From positions 1 to 40,419 of the IMG/VR virus record IMGVR_UViG_3300037423_000800: 40,419 nt of DNA, one strand, 5' to 3'. The notes below the pieces were generated by a model. The model did not search any database and was not told the origin of the DNA. It was given only the letters and a program-made list of their open reading frames with translations. Origin of the DNA: a virus. Its lineage: Duplodnaviria; Caudoviricetes. Positions 1-9,125 of this stretch are shown in pieces. The position numbers were made by a program, and so were the translations under genes. Within the stretch, counting starts at the first letter, position 1. Every line of letters starts with the position of its first letter.

Positions 1-2
1 CG

Positions 3-398
3 GACCCGGACTTTGTGCTCGTCGCGATGACTCCGGCGGTGTTGAGAAACAGCTACCCGCAGGCGAACACGGGAATGCCCCAGGCTTATGCGGTGATCGG
101 CCAGCAGATATTCCTCGGCCCGACGCCCGATGGTGAATACTCTCTACTTCTGGATTACTACCAGCGAATCCCGTCACTGGACGAGGACAACCCGACCAAC
201 TGGCTGCTGAGTACATATCCCGACCTCTATCTATGGGGCTCGCTGTGCATGGCTGAAGCGTTCCTTCGCGACGACACGCGCCTGTCTGTGTGGAAGGCGG
301 CTTGGGATGAAGCGACGGGCGAGATCAACGCGCAGGCAAACCGCCAGCGTATGCCGTCTGCTCCGCTCATGATGCAATCATATATCTGGGAGCGCTAA
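3..398 (+). CDS. Head-tail adaptor / tail tubular protein A-like (5' truncated)
   Basis: Frame open from window start; GxP..Y..LGPTPD..Y..L.YY and NWLL..YPDLYLWGSL motifs typical of podophage adaptors; precedes nozzle-like gene. Confidence 0.7.
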   Translation, partial: DPDFVLVAMTPAVLRNSYPQANTGMPQAYAVIGQQIFLGPTPDGEYSLLLDYYQRIPSLDEDNPTNWLLSTYPDLYLWGSLCMAEAFLRDDTRLSVWKAAWDEATGEINAQANRQRMPSAPLMMQSYIWER

Positions 399-399
399 G

Positions 400-1827
400 G
401 TGCAACTCGGGTCGTGGGCCCCGGATTTGCCCGAGTTCGGCCACAGCAACCTCGTCACGGCCCGCAACTGCTACTCGACCTCGCTCGGCTACGCTCCTGT
501 CAAAGCCCTATCGTCAGTCACGGCGGCGATGGGCGAAACATGGAGCGGGGCTGCGGCATTCACCGCTTACGATGGAACGAAGGTTCTGCTCGCTGGAACG
601 GCGGCGCATCTCTACACACTGACCGCAAGCGCCGCGACTTCGATCCTAACGGTGTCATCGGGCAAGCCGTGGTATTTCGCGCAGTTCGGCAATTTCGTCA
701 TCGGCGTAAACGGCGACACACCGCAGAAATACACGATCACGGCAAACACCATTGCGGCGCTCGGCGGTTCGCCTCCGGATGCGTCGATGGTGGCGATTGT
801 TCGCGACCAGGTATTCCTCGCTGGCGATGCCGCTGCCGGTAACACGGTCACATGGTCGGGCCTCAACGACTGCGAGGGCTGGACCATCGGAACCAACCAG
901 TGCGACAATCAACAGATCCCCGATGGCGGCCTGATCACCGGCCTTGTCGGCGGCGAATACGGTCTAGTGTTTCAGGCGGGCGCAATCCACATCTTCGAGT
1001 ATGTCGGAACGCCGCTGATCTATACGCGAAGGAAGATTTCAGACGGTATCGGAGCGCTTTGCCAAGGGGTCATCGCTCAATCAGGCAAGCGGGTGTTCTT
1101 CCTCGACCGCTCGGGGTTCTATCAACTGCTCGACGGTCAGCTTTCACCCATTGGAAAGCAGCAGACGCAAACCGGCCTTGTCGAGCTTGTCGATAGGACA
1201 TTCTTCGAGACCTACTCGGTTGCTCAGATTGAAGCACAATGCCACGCGACGGTTGATCCGGCTCGTCAGCTAGTGGTGTGGTCGATGCCCGACCGCCTGT
1301 GGGTTTACAACTGGGGCACGGGCAAATGGAGCGACATTTACCAGCCCGGAATCGTTGGCGTAGCGCAGGGACAGACCTCGGCGGTTACGCTTGAGGATAT
1401 TGCGGTTCTATATCCCTCGATTGAAGATGTGCCGGTAAGCTTTGACGACCCGCTGTGGCGCGGCGGCGACCCGATGCTCCTCGTCGCGATGAATGATTTT
1501 ACTCTGGCGAGCTTCGGCGGCTCTGAGAACATGGAAGCGCAATTCAGGCTTCCGAAGATGGAGGCGTTCAAGGGCTTCGGTGCCTACGTCCACAATTCGC
1601 GGATCGACACCGACGCAACCAACGGTGTGACATTGCAAATCGACAGCTCACCGACCTTGGGAGCGGCGCAGACAACCGTAATCTCGACCGATCTAAGGGC
1701 GAACGGCGACACGCCGATAAGGTGCCACGGTCGCTATCATCAGCCGCAGATCACGATTGCACAGGGAACCGAGTGGAGCTTCATTGAAGGGCTTGCGATC
1801 GAGGCGACCCAAGGTGGGCGTCTGTGA
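400..1827 (+). CDS. Tail nozzle / tail tubular protein B-like (P22 gp10-like position)
   Basis: 475 aa, beta-rich; starts 1 nt after adaptor stop; synteny before ejection proteins. Confidence 0.65.
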   Translation: MQLGSWAPDLPEFGHSNLVTARNCYSTSLGYAPVKALSSVTAAMGETWSGAAAFTAYDGTKVLLAGTAAHLYTLTASAATSILTVSSGKPWYFAQFGNFVIGVNGDTPQKYTITANTIAALGGSPPDASMVAIVRDQVFLAGDAAAGNTVTWSGLNDCEGWTIGTNQCDNQQIPDGGLITGLVGGEYGLVFQAGAIHIFEYVGTPLIYTRRKISDGIGALCQGVIAQSGKRVFFLDRSGFYQLLDGQLSPIGKQQTQTGLVELVDRTFFETYSVAQIEAQCHATVDPARQLVVWSMPDRLWVYNWGTGKWSDIYQPGIVGVAQGQTSAVTLEDIAVLYPSIEDVPVSFDDPLWRGGDPMLLVAMNDFTLASFGGSENMEAQFRLPKMEAFKGFGAYVHNSRIDTDATNGVTLQIDSSPTLGAAQTTVISTDLRANGDTPIRCHGRYHQPQITIAQGTEWSFIEGLAIEATQGGRL

Positions 1828-2189
1828 TCCCGTTTTCGCAGACTTCGCTTCCCGAATGGCAGAGATTGGTTGCATCGCAGGTTAACCCGCTGCTCCAGCG
1901 GACAATTAATGTAGCGACGAAAACCGCAGCATATACGATCAGCGAAGGCGATAACACGATCATGGCCGACGCCACCACGGCGGCGTTCACGATCACTCTA
2001 CCCAAGGCCGCATTGTTCGGCGGGCGCAGGTTCACGATCAAGAAGATCGACAGTTCCGCCCACGCGGTAACAATTGACGGCGATGGGACGGAAACCATCG
2101 ACGGCGCAGCCACTGTTTCACTGGCAAGCCAATGGGCGTTCCGAACAGTCGTTTCCGACGGAACGGCATGGTTCATCATCAGCAGCTAA
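1824..2189 (+). CDS. Small virion/tail protein
   Basis: GTGA overlap; T/A-rich with TITLP..A..G....IKK.D......V.I...G.ETIDG....SDG..W motif seen in phage fibre domains. Confidence 0.6.
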   Translation: MIPFSQTSLPEWQRLVASQVNPLLQRTINVATKTAAYTISEGDNTIMADATTAAFTITLPKAALFGGRRFTIKKIDSSAHAVTIDGDGTETIDGAATVSLASQWAFRTVVSDGTAWFIISS

Positions 2190-2567
2190 GTGCAAATATC
2201 ATCATTGCCCGACGCGGAATCCCACCCGCTCTGGCCCGCAATATACGACCTCCTCAAACCCGCCGCAGACTTCGGTTCCGTCCCCGTCGAGCATCCCGAC
2301 CAGGTTGTCTGGATTGCGCACGAGAATGGAACCGTGTTCGCGGCTGCAACGACACTGCTTTTCACTGACCAGACCGCCGAGCTGAGATTGGCCGGTGGTT
2401 ACAGGCACAGGGATTGGGTTCCGCAACTGAGCGAAACAGTGAGTGCCTGGGCGAAAGACGCCGGGGCGAAAAAGCTCACAATGAAGGGGCGGAAAGGCTG
2501 GGGCAGATATGCCTCGGCAACGGGTTGGGTCGCTCTCGACGGCACGAGTTACGAAAAGGAATTGTAA
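2190..2567 (+). CDS. GNAT-fold-like podophage tail-region protein
   Basis: 125 aa with LAGG...W......WAK..GAKKL...GRKGW motif; conserved position before ejection proteins. Confidence 0.55.
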   Translation: MQISSLPDAESHPLWPAIYDLLKPAADFGSVPVEHPDQVVWIAHENGTVFAAATTLLFTDQTAELRLAGGYRHRDWVPQLSETVSAWAKDAGAKKLTMKGRKGWGRYASATGWVALDGTSYEKEL

Positions 2568-2569
2568 GA

Positions 2570-3319
2570 ATGGGTATCCTGAAAGGGTCTCCAGCAAAGA
2601 GCACGTCAGGGTCGGCGCAGCAGTGGGCCCAACCCTACGCCACGCAGGGCGCGCAGGACGTGATCGACGTATTCAACGCCGCACAGCCGCAGACGCAGGC
2701 GAACCTCGCCGCGATCAACGCCGCCAATGCCAACCTTGGCAAGCTCGGCGGTCAGCTCGCGGGGCAGACGGCTGGAATGGGTCAGCAGGCCGCCGCGATG
2801 GGCAAGACGGCGGGAAGTGCGAACAACTTCTATGGCGATGTCATCAACGGCAAATACATGTCGGGCAACCCGTATATCCAGAACATGCTCGGCCAGTTGG
2901 ACCAGTCCATTCTTGGACAGGTCGGAAGCCAGTTCGAGAGCGGCGGAAGATACGGCTCCGGGGCTTATGTCGATGACTTGTCCAAGCAGCTCGGCAACGC
3001 GAACATGCAGGTTCTCTACGGCAACTACGCCGACGAGATGAACCGGCGAATGCAGGCAGGCCAGCAGGCGGATCAGGCACTCGCGGCACAGCAGAATGCG
3101 CTCAACAATTCCGAGCAGCAGCAGAACAACAACGCAATGCAGCAGCTCGCCGGTCTCCAGTTGGCGAACCAGGCTCCTTATACCGGTGTCACCGCACTCG
3201 GAAACTCGCTCGGGGCACTGTTCAACGGTGGAACCTCGACCGGACAAAAGCCGGGGCTGCTTGATTATCTGATGCAGGCAGGATCAAACGCGGCGTCTGC
3301 GTTCGCTGGCGGCGCTTAA
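2570..3319 (+). CDS. DNA ejection / internal virion protein
   Basis: ATG 2570 after AAAGGA; Q/A/G/N-rich, NPY...GRYGSGA motif; ORF-track start 2414 overlaps the upstream gene. Confidence 0.6.
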   Translation: MGILKGSPAKSTSGSAQQWAQPYATQGAQDVIDVFNAAQPQTQANLAAINAANANLGKLGGQLAGQTAGMGQQAAAMGKTAGSANNFYGDVINGKYMSGNPYIQNMLGQLDQSILGQVGSQFESGGRYGSGAYVDDLSKQLGNANMQVLYGNYADEMNRRMQAGQQADQALAAQQNALNNSEQQQNNNAMQQLAGLQLANQAPYTGVTALGNSLGALFNGGTSTGQKPGLLDYLMQAGSNAASAFAGGA

Positions 3320-4261
3320 ATGGCGACGGGTCTCGACCTCATCACGGCTCTGCATGAGAGCCAGAACCGGGACTATTACCCAGACGGCTCGCCCGTCCGC
3401 TCGCCTGCCGGTGCGCTGTTCAAGATGCAGGTCATGCCCTCCACGGCGCAGAATCCCGGCTTCGGAATACAGCCCGCAGCAAGCCAGACGCCAAGCGAAT
3501 ACAACCGCGTCGGCGGGCAGTACCTGAGTGCAATGCAGACCCGCTACAACGGCGACCTGTCGAAGGCGTGGGCGGCGTACAACTGGGGACCGGGGAACGT
3601 CGATAAGGCGGTGAAGAAATACGGGCCGTACTGGCTCGCCCATGCCCCTGCCGAAACACAGAATTACGTCAATGCCGCAGTGAAGGATAGCCAAGTGGCA
3701 ACAAGTCCAATCGACCTTGTGCGCCGAGCACAGGCGTTCAACGTCGATATTCCCTCCGGAGACCCGACGCAGGCTCCCGCTGCGGCTCCCGGTGGATTCG
3801 ACATCAAAAGCCTGCTCGCCATGCTCCCGCAGGCAATGCCGATGGAGCAGAAGAAGAATGTCCCGCTATGGGCGAAAATTCTCGGCGTCCTCGGAGACAC
3901 CTACGGAGAGGTCCACAGCGGGCGGCAGGGCGCGTTCATTCCAACGCTGCTTCAGGCAAATCAGGGGGTGGATGACCGCAATTTCGCCCGCGAAAAGCTG
4001 AACGAGCAGATCGCATCCGACAGAGCGTCACTGATTGCGAAACTAATTCCGGACGCGCGGCAGCCAACTAGCAGCATTCAAGACTTCGAGTACGCCAAGG
4101 GCCACGGATACTCTGGCTCGTTCGACCAGTTCATGCAGCTGCTTCACCCGCCGACGCCCGTATCGGTGCCCTACGGGGCGCAGGTGAGCGGTCCAAGCGC
4201 AGCCCCACCGCCAATGCGCTACAATCCAAAAACGAACGCATGGGAGCCGATTAGTGGCTGA
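3320..4261 (+). CDS. Internal virion protein with N-terminal soluble lytic transglycosylase domain
   Basis: SLT motifs ES..., SPAGA...MQVMPSTA, AAYNWGPGNV, ETQNYV. Confidence 0.88.
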   Translation: MATGLDLITALHESQNRDYYPDGSPVRSPAGALFKMQVMPSTAQNPGFGIQPAASQTPSEYNRVGGQYLSAMQTRYNGDLSKAWAAYNWGPGNVDKAVKKYGPYWLAHAPAETQNYVNAAVKDSQVATSPIDLVRRAQAFNVDIPSGDPTQAPAAAPGGFDIKSLLAMLPQAMPMEQKKNVPLWAKILGVLGDTYGEVHSGRQGAFIPTLLQANQGVDDRNFAREKLNEQIASDRASLIAKLIPDARQPTSSIQDFEYAKGHGYSGSFDQFMQLLHPPTPVSVPYGAQVSGPSAAPPPMRYNPKTNAWEPISG

Positions 4262-6905
4262 CATTCCCGCACCGCCTCCCGGCTACATCATTGACCCGAA
4301 CGATCCGACGCGCGCCATTCCCGCGCCCTCGGCGTTCGGCAATCGCCCGGTCATCACTGGACCGGCTCCAGAGCCGAAGTTCGTGCCGGATCATCCGAAC
4401 CTCGTTATGGACCCGCAGGGCAACGTCCGTCCCGTTCCCGGCGTCCCAGCGCCAGCGGCTCCCGCGCCGAACTTCGTTCCCGGCAAGCCCGGTTACGTTG
4501 TCACCGGGCCACCCAATGCTCCGCAGGCAGTTCCGGTCAAGGGCCTACCCGGCGCTGGCGTGGACCTCGACGCATCGCAGCGCGCAAAGGCCATTCAACA
4601 GTTCAACTACGCCAAGCAGCTCCAGGACGTAGTTGACCATCTCAATCAGCTGTATCTCAAGGGCCCCGGTGCGACGAGCGGCCTAGAGGGGCTGAAGGAC
4701 TACCTTCCGACGCCGCAAAACAAGAACTTCGACACGCAATCCAACGCGGCTCGCGGTATCATCGGACAGGCGCTGAACTTCACGGGCGGCCAGTTGAATA
4801 CCCCGCAGGAGGCGGCAAAGGCGGTCGGCCCATTCCTTCCGCAGTCGAGCGATTTCGACTCCACCATTCTCCAGAAGATTCAAACCCTTCAGGATATGGC
4901 GAAGAACGGACAGGATAACGCAATCCAGACCCTCGGCGGTATTCCCGACGCGAACGGCGTTATCCGTCCCGTCACGCCGTCGAACCCATTGCCGCCGATC
5001 ACTCCTCCGGGGGCCAGCGATCAGGTCAACTTTGCCACTGGAAAAACCCGCGACATCATTGACCCCGTGTTGAAGGCTACCGGTTCACGCGTGGGCAGGA
5101 TGATCGCAGAGGGCGTATCCGACGACAAGATAACCGCGTTCCTTCAGCGCTCGGGCGTCGATCCTGCAAACACCAACGTGCAAGAGGCGCTACAGTTCAG
5201 AAAATCGCCGGATTTCAAGGTGTGGCAACGCGCCAATCGCGGCAAAGCCTATCCCATCGGGCCTGACTTCTACACGAAACAGGTTCCGATGTCCGCCGAC
5301 CGGCAGCTTCTCAACAAAGCAGCCGCTTCAGACGTCGGCGGTATGACAATGGCTGCGGGCGCTGGTCTGACGAACGCTGTTACTGGTGGATACCTAAACG
5401 ACCTCACTTCCGATCCCGCTGCCGCGCAGACGGGCATGGACCTTTTGAGGGCACAACACCCGCTCGCCAGCTTCGGCGGCGACCTCGCGGGGCAAATGGC
5501 GCTTGAGGGAATGGCTGGCGGCCTTCCTGGCATTGGAAAGCTCATTGCCAGCCCGATGGGCCGCAGGGGCGCAGACGCGCTGTACGGGGCTTATTCGGGC
5601 TCTGGCGAGAGCGACGGCAACAGGGGAGTCGGTGCGGTGGAAGGTGCGTTGAGCGGCCTTCTCGCTGGCGCAGCCGGTCGCGGCGCTCAGAAGGCCATCG
5701 GCCACGCCGCAACGGGCATTACTGACCCCGCGCTTCAGTACCTCAACAATGCTGGAATCCCACTGACCTTGGGACGTATTGCGAGGGGCGTTGGCGAGAT
5801 CGACCCGCACGCTCCGACAAATGTTGCCGACGAGGTGGGCAAGGGTGTCGGTGGCATTGAGGAGCGCCTGATGGGCCTCCCCGGTCTCGACGCGATTATC
5901 GGCACCGCTCGCCAGCGTGGGGACGCGGCATTCAACAACGAAGCCTTCCGCCAGATCGCTCCTGGAGTCGTAGGGCGCGGAACAGAAGGACTTGCCAGCG
6001 CAAAAGCGGCGGAAACGGCTGCGTATTCGAAGCTGAACGGCGCACGTTTCGCGGTTGACCCTCAGTTCGATAGCGCGATTACGGCGGCGGAGAATGCGGC
6101 CAATGGCCTCAACCGGCATTCGAGCGACGTTGCGGACGTTATCAAGGACGTTCGCTCGCAGATCGCCAACGGTGAAATGTCTGGTGAAGGGTTCCAGTCC
6201 GCGCTTCAGTCAGTTCGCCAAGCCAAGGCGTCACTTTCGAACGATGTCATGGGCCACAAGGCGGCGAACGTTCTCCAGGGCCTCGACGATGAGCTGAACG
6301 CGCTCGGGTCTCGACAGGGCGGGACTGTGGCGCAAGACCTCGCGACCGCTAATGCAATCCACGCCCGCAGAGAGATCGTGAAGGCGGCAAGCAAGTCGTC
6401 GGCGGCGCAGGGCGCTGGGGAGATGTTTTCGCCCAAGGCGCTCAACCAGCAGTCAATCAGCAATACCACCAAATACGGCGGCTCCGACCTGGCATTGTCG
6501 CCCAATCGCCCGTTCTTCGATCTCACGAAAGCGGGGATGGGTGTCATGCCCAACCTCACGCCGGACAGCGGAACGGCGGGGCGGCTCCAGCTCTATCGCG
6601 AGCTTGGAACCATCGGCGCGGGGCTTGGCGGAGGCATTGGCGCACTGACCGGCGACAACAGCCCGAGCCGCGCCACCGAGGGCGGCGGTATCGGGATTGG
6701 CGGCGCGTTGGCGCTCGGAACGCTCCTGTCGGCCCCCTACAGCAAGACAGGGCAGAAGGCCATTCAGAAGGCGTTATTGGCCGAACGTCCGAGGGCCATT
6801 CAGAAGATCGGGGAATACCTGATTAACACCAACCCGAAATATGCCGGAATGCTCGCCTCTGCGATGGGGCGCGATTACTTCTTCCAGCCGGAACTATCGC
6901 AGTAA
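4254..6905 (+). CDS. Large DNA ejection / internal virion protein
   Basis: 883 aa, Pro-rich N-terminus, G/A-rich helical body; third gene of the ejection cluster. Confidence 0.65.
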   Translation: MADIPAPPPGYIIDPNDPTRAIPAPSAFGNRPVITGPAPEPKFVPDHPNLVMDPQGNVRPVPGVPAPAAPAPNFVPGKPGYVVTGPPNAPQAVPVKGLPGAGVDLDASQRAKAIQQFNYAKQLQDVVDHLNQLYLKGPGATSGLEGLKDYLPTPQNKNFDTQSNAARGIIGQALNFTGGQLNTPQEAAKAVGPFLPQSSDFDSTILQKIQTLQDMAKNGQDNAIQTLGGIPDANGVIRPVTPSNPLPPITPPGASDQVNFATGKTRDIIDPVLKATGSRVGRMIAEGVSDDKITAFLQRSGVDPANTNVQEALQFRKSPDFKVWQRANRGKAYPIGPDFYTKQVPMSADRQLLNKAAASDVGGMTMAAGAGLTNAVTGGYLNDLTSDPAAAQTGMDLLRAQHPLASFGGDLAGQMALEGMAGGLPGIGKLIASPMGRRGADALYGAYSGSGESDGNRGVGAVEGALSGLLAGAAGRGAQKAIGHAATGITDPALQYLNNAGIPLTLGRIARGVGEIDPHAPTNVADEVGKGVGGIEERLMGLPGLDAIIGTARQRGDAAFNNEAFRQIAPGVVGRGTEGLASAKAAETAAYSKLNGARFAVDPQFDSAITAAENAANGLNRHSSDVADVIKDVRSQIANGEMSGEGFQSALQSVRQAKASLSNDVMGHKAANVLQGLDDELNALGSRQGGTVAQDLATANAIHARREIVKAASKSSAAQGAGEMFSPKALNQQSISNTTKYGGSDLALSPNRPFFDLTKAGMGVMPNLTPDSGTAGRLQLYRELGTIGAGLGGGIGALTGDNSPSRATEGGGIGIGGALALGTLLSAPYSKTGQKAIQKALLAERPRAIQKIGEYLINTNPKYAGMLASAMGRDYFFQPELSQ

Positions 6906-7259
6906 CCAACTGAGAAACAACAGGGCGGCAATTCCAAAGGCAACCGCCCTGATTGCAAGCCAGCTCCCGCGAACCGCGCCCTTGGCGATGGCTACGGGAT
7001 GGGGAACTGGTTCAAACAAGACCGCCTCTGGACCGCACAGGCCATCGTCGGAACGGGCCTTGGCGACTGGCACATCGAACTGTTCGGAAAGCGCCCCACG
7101 GGACGGTTCGAACTTGAACTCGCCGTAAGCCGGATTGCCGCACATGCCCAGCAGGGTTCGATAGCGACATTCCGAGCACGGTGGCCCAGCTTCGCCAGCC
7201 CTCGCCGCAAGCGACTTTACATACTCCAGCCGCTCACGCGCCGCAGAAATACGATCCAC
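6894..7259 (-). CDS. Counter-oriented accessory (moron) protein, Cys cluster plus C-terminal TM helix
   Basis: Fills gap between two + genes; CSEC-x7-C...C; hydrophobic C-terminus; own promoter motif at 7266-7294. Confidence 0.65.
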   Translation of the reverse strand: MDRISAARERLEYVKSLAARAGEAGPPCSECRYRTLLGMCGNPAYGEFKFEPSRGALSEQFDVPVAKARSDDGLCGPEAVLFEPVPHPVAIAKGAVRGSWLAIRAVAFGIAALLFLSWLLR

Positions 7260-7265
7260 GCCTCC

Positions 7266-7294
7266 ATTCTAACCCAAAGGGGTCCCAATGGGAA
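7266..7294 (-). promoter_or_regulatory. Putative sigma70 promoter for the 7259 gene (leaderless geometry)
   Basis: TTCCCA-N17-TAGAAT, then 6 nt, then GTG. Confidence 0.5.
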
Positions 7295-7863
7295 CCATTT
7301 TCGACTGGTCCAGCACCGCTGCCAGCAACACTACTGTAGACGGCATCGATATCGACACCGGAATGTCGCCCGCCGACGTGGACAACGCCAAGCGCAGCAT
7401 GATGGCGATTATCCGCAACACCTTCGCGTCGGCCTTACAGTCATTCCTCGCAGGCACTGCCGCTCTTCCGGTAGCAAACGGCGGCACGGGCGGGACGGAC
7501 GCAGCGAGCGCACTGGCCGCCCTCGGAGCCCTATCCAGCGCCTATCGCGATCTCCCTCTTGCCACGAAAACCGCCGCATTCACCTTTGCCGACGCCGACC
7601 GTGGCGGACGTATCAACTACACCGGGGTAGCGGCGGCTGCGACCATCAACCCAAACTCCTCGACCGCGATCACCACTGGGGCGGCCTATGTCATCCGTAA
7701 CGCTGGCTCCGGTTCCTTAACGATCACGCGCGGCTCCGGCGTCACACTCAAGGTCAACGGTGGAACCACTTCCGCCGACGCGACCCTTGCGGTTGGTGGA
7801 ATCTGCACGCTCATCAAGTGGGACACGAACGACTGGACCGTTGCCGGATCGGGCGTGTCGTGA
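7288..7863 (+). CDS. Tail fibre protein (virion-anchoring N-terminus)
   Basis: WS.TAASN...GI.I..GM.P..V.NA.R.MMA N-terminus and LPVANGGTG repeat typical of podophage fibres. Confidence 0.7.
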   Translation: MGTIFDWSSTAASNTTVDGIDIDTGMSPADVDNAKRSMMAIIRNTFASALQSFLAGTAALPVANGGTGGTDAASALAALGALSSAYRDLPLATKTAAFTFADADRGGRINYTGVAAAATINPNSSTAITTGAAYVIRNAGSGSLTITRGSGVTLKVNGGTTSADATLAVGGICTLIKWDTNDWTVAGSGVS

Positions 7864-8609
7864 CGGGGATTGTCTGCTGTCTCCCAATCATCGGCGCTCC
7901 GACTGCGGTAGCCCCACCTAATCCCCTGGCCGTCTCGCGCAGCCCTACGAGCGTGTCTGGGTCAGCTTCTACTTCAACCGTCACCTCGAACTCGACCACC
8001 GCAACTGCTTCTGGTGGGACTTCGCCCTACACCTACTCGTGGGTCAGGGTCTCCGGGGACAGCAGAATATCGGCCACCAGCGCGAGCAGCAGGACAACCG
8101 CTTTCACGCGAACCAACTGCGCTTCGGGAACGAGCTATTCGGCAACGTGGCGCTGCACGGCCACGGACGGGGCCGGGGACACCGCCTTTTCCGGGAATGT
8201 CTCGATTACCCTGACGCGCACCGGAACCACTGGCGACGGCGGGGGAGGGGGAACGTTCGAAGGCCTGTCCGACCAGACCGTGACGGCTTCTGGAATCGCC
8301 TCAAGCGAGACTGCAACTTATTCGATCAACAGCAACGGTACCTACACCGGGGGAAGCTGGAACAGCTCGACCACTGCGGGTTCGGGTTATGAGGTCAAGG
8401 CAACGCTCACCTCGGGAAGCCTCACCACGGGAACCACGGATAGCTGGCTCGCTCTTTCATCCAACCGCTCGTGGTCGGTGACGGACTCGACCCAGAACAA
8501 CGCGCCCAAGTCAGCGAGCTTTACGCTGCAAATCCGCGCCACCGGGACAACCACCGTTCTCGACAGCGCAACGATCACGCTCACCGCCAACGCTCTTAGC
8601 AGCTTCTAG
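7860..8609 (+). CDS. Tail fibre-associated S/T/G-rich adhesin-like protein
   Basis: GTGA overlap at 7860; SGGTSPYTYSW Ig-like motif; two beta domains joined by a GDGGGGG linker. Confidence 0.6.
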   Translation: MTGIVCCLPIIGAPTAVAPPNPLAVSRSPTSVSGSASTSTVTSNSTTATASGGTSPYTYSWVRVSGDSRISATSASSRTTAFTRTNCASGTSYSATWRCTATDGAGDTAFSGNVSITLTRTGTTGDGGGGGTFEGLSDQTVTASGIASSETATYSINSNGTYTGGSWNSSTTAGSGYEVKATLTSGSLTTGTTDSWLALSSNRSWSVTDSTQNNAPKSASFTLQIRATGTTTVLDSATITLTANALSSF

Positions 8610-8618
8610 GGGGAATAC

Positions 8619-9125
8619 ATGTTTTTCGGACGCAACAGCAACCCGTGGCTGGGCAATCAGCAGACGATGCAGCCCCTTGCCCAACAGCAGCGGCAGCCCA
8701 CGGGCGTAATGCCAATGAACCAGCAGCAACCGATGACCTCACCGCCTCCGGTAACGTGGCCGGGGGCGACCTCGGACGGCGCGTTCGCGACGAACCTCGG
8801 CAATCTCTACGCCCAGCAAATGCCGAACCAGCAGGTTCCCGGCACGATCCTTCCCCCGGCGGCACAGCCTGGGGGACAACCGGCGCAGCCTCCGGTGGCA
8901 ACGCCTCCGATTATCCAGCAGGGGCGGGGCGGACCGTTCGGCGGGTTCTTCAACCGTCATCATGCGGACTTCGGCCAGATGTTCGGCGGCGGGGGGCTTC
9001 AGCAGATGTTCCCGCAGCTTTTCGCTCGCTTGCAGCAGAAAATGCCGTTTCAGCAGCCCAATTTCAGCCAATACATGACGCAGCAGCCACAAGTTGCGCC
9101 GCCGAGCGGAAACGGAATCGGCTAA
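8619..9125 (+). CDS. Q/P/G-rich low-complexity protein
   Basis: RBS GGGGG before ATG; exactly fills the gap to the next gene start at 9126. Confidence 0.6.
   Translation: MFFGRNSNPWLGNQQTMQPLAQQQRQPTGVMPMNQQQPMTSPPPVTWPGATSDGAFATNLGNLYAQQMPNQQVPGTILPPAAQPGGQPAQPPVATPPIIQQGRGGPFGGFFNRHHADFGQMFGGGGLQQMFPQLFARLQQKMPFQQPNFSQYMTQQPQVAPPSGNGIG

Noticed and set aside
2414-2569. ORF-track upstream starts (also 7818, 13398, 19449, 22541, 24541, 27516, 28356)
   Set aside because: They overlap neighbouring genes or operators; downstream starts with an RBS or stop-start coupling fit better
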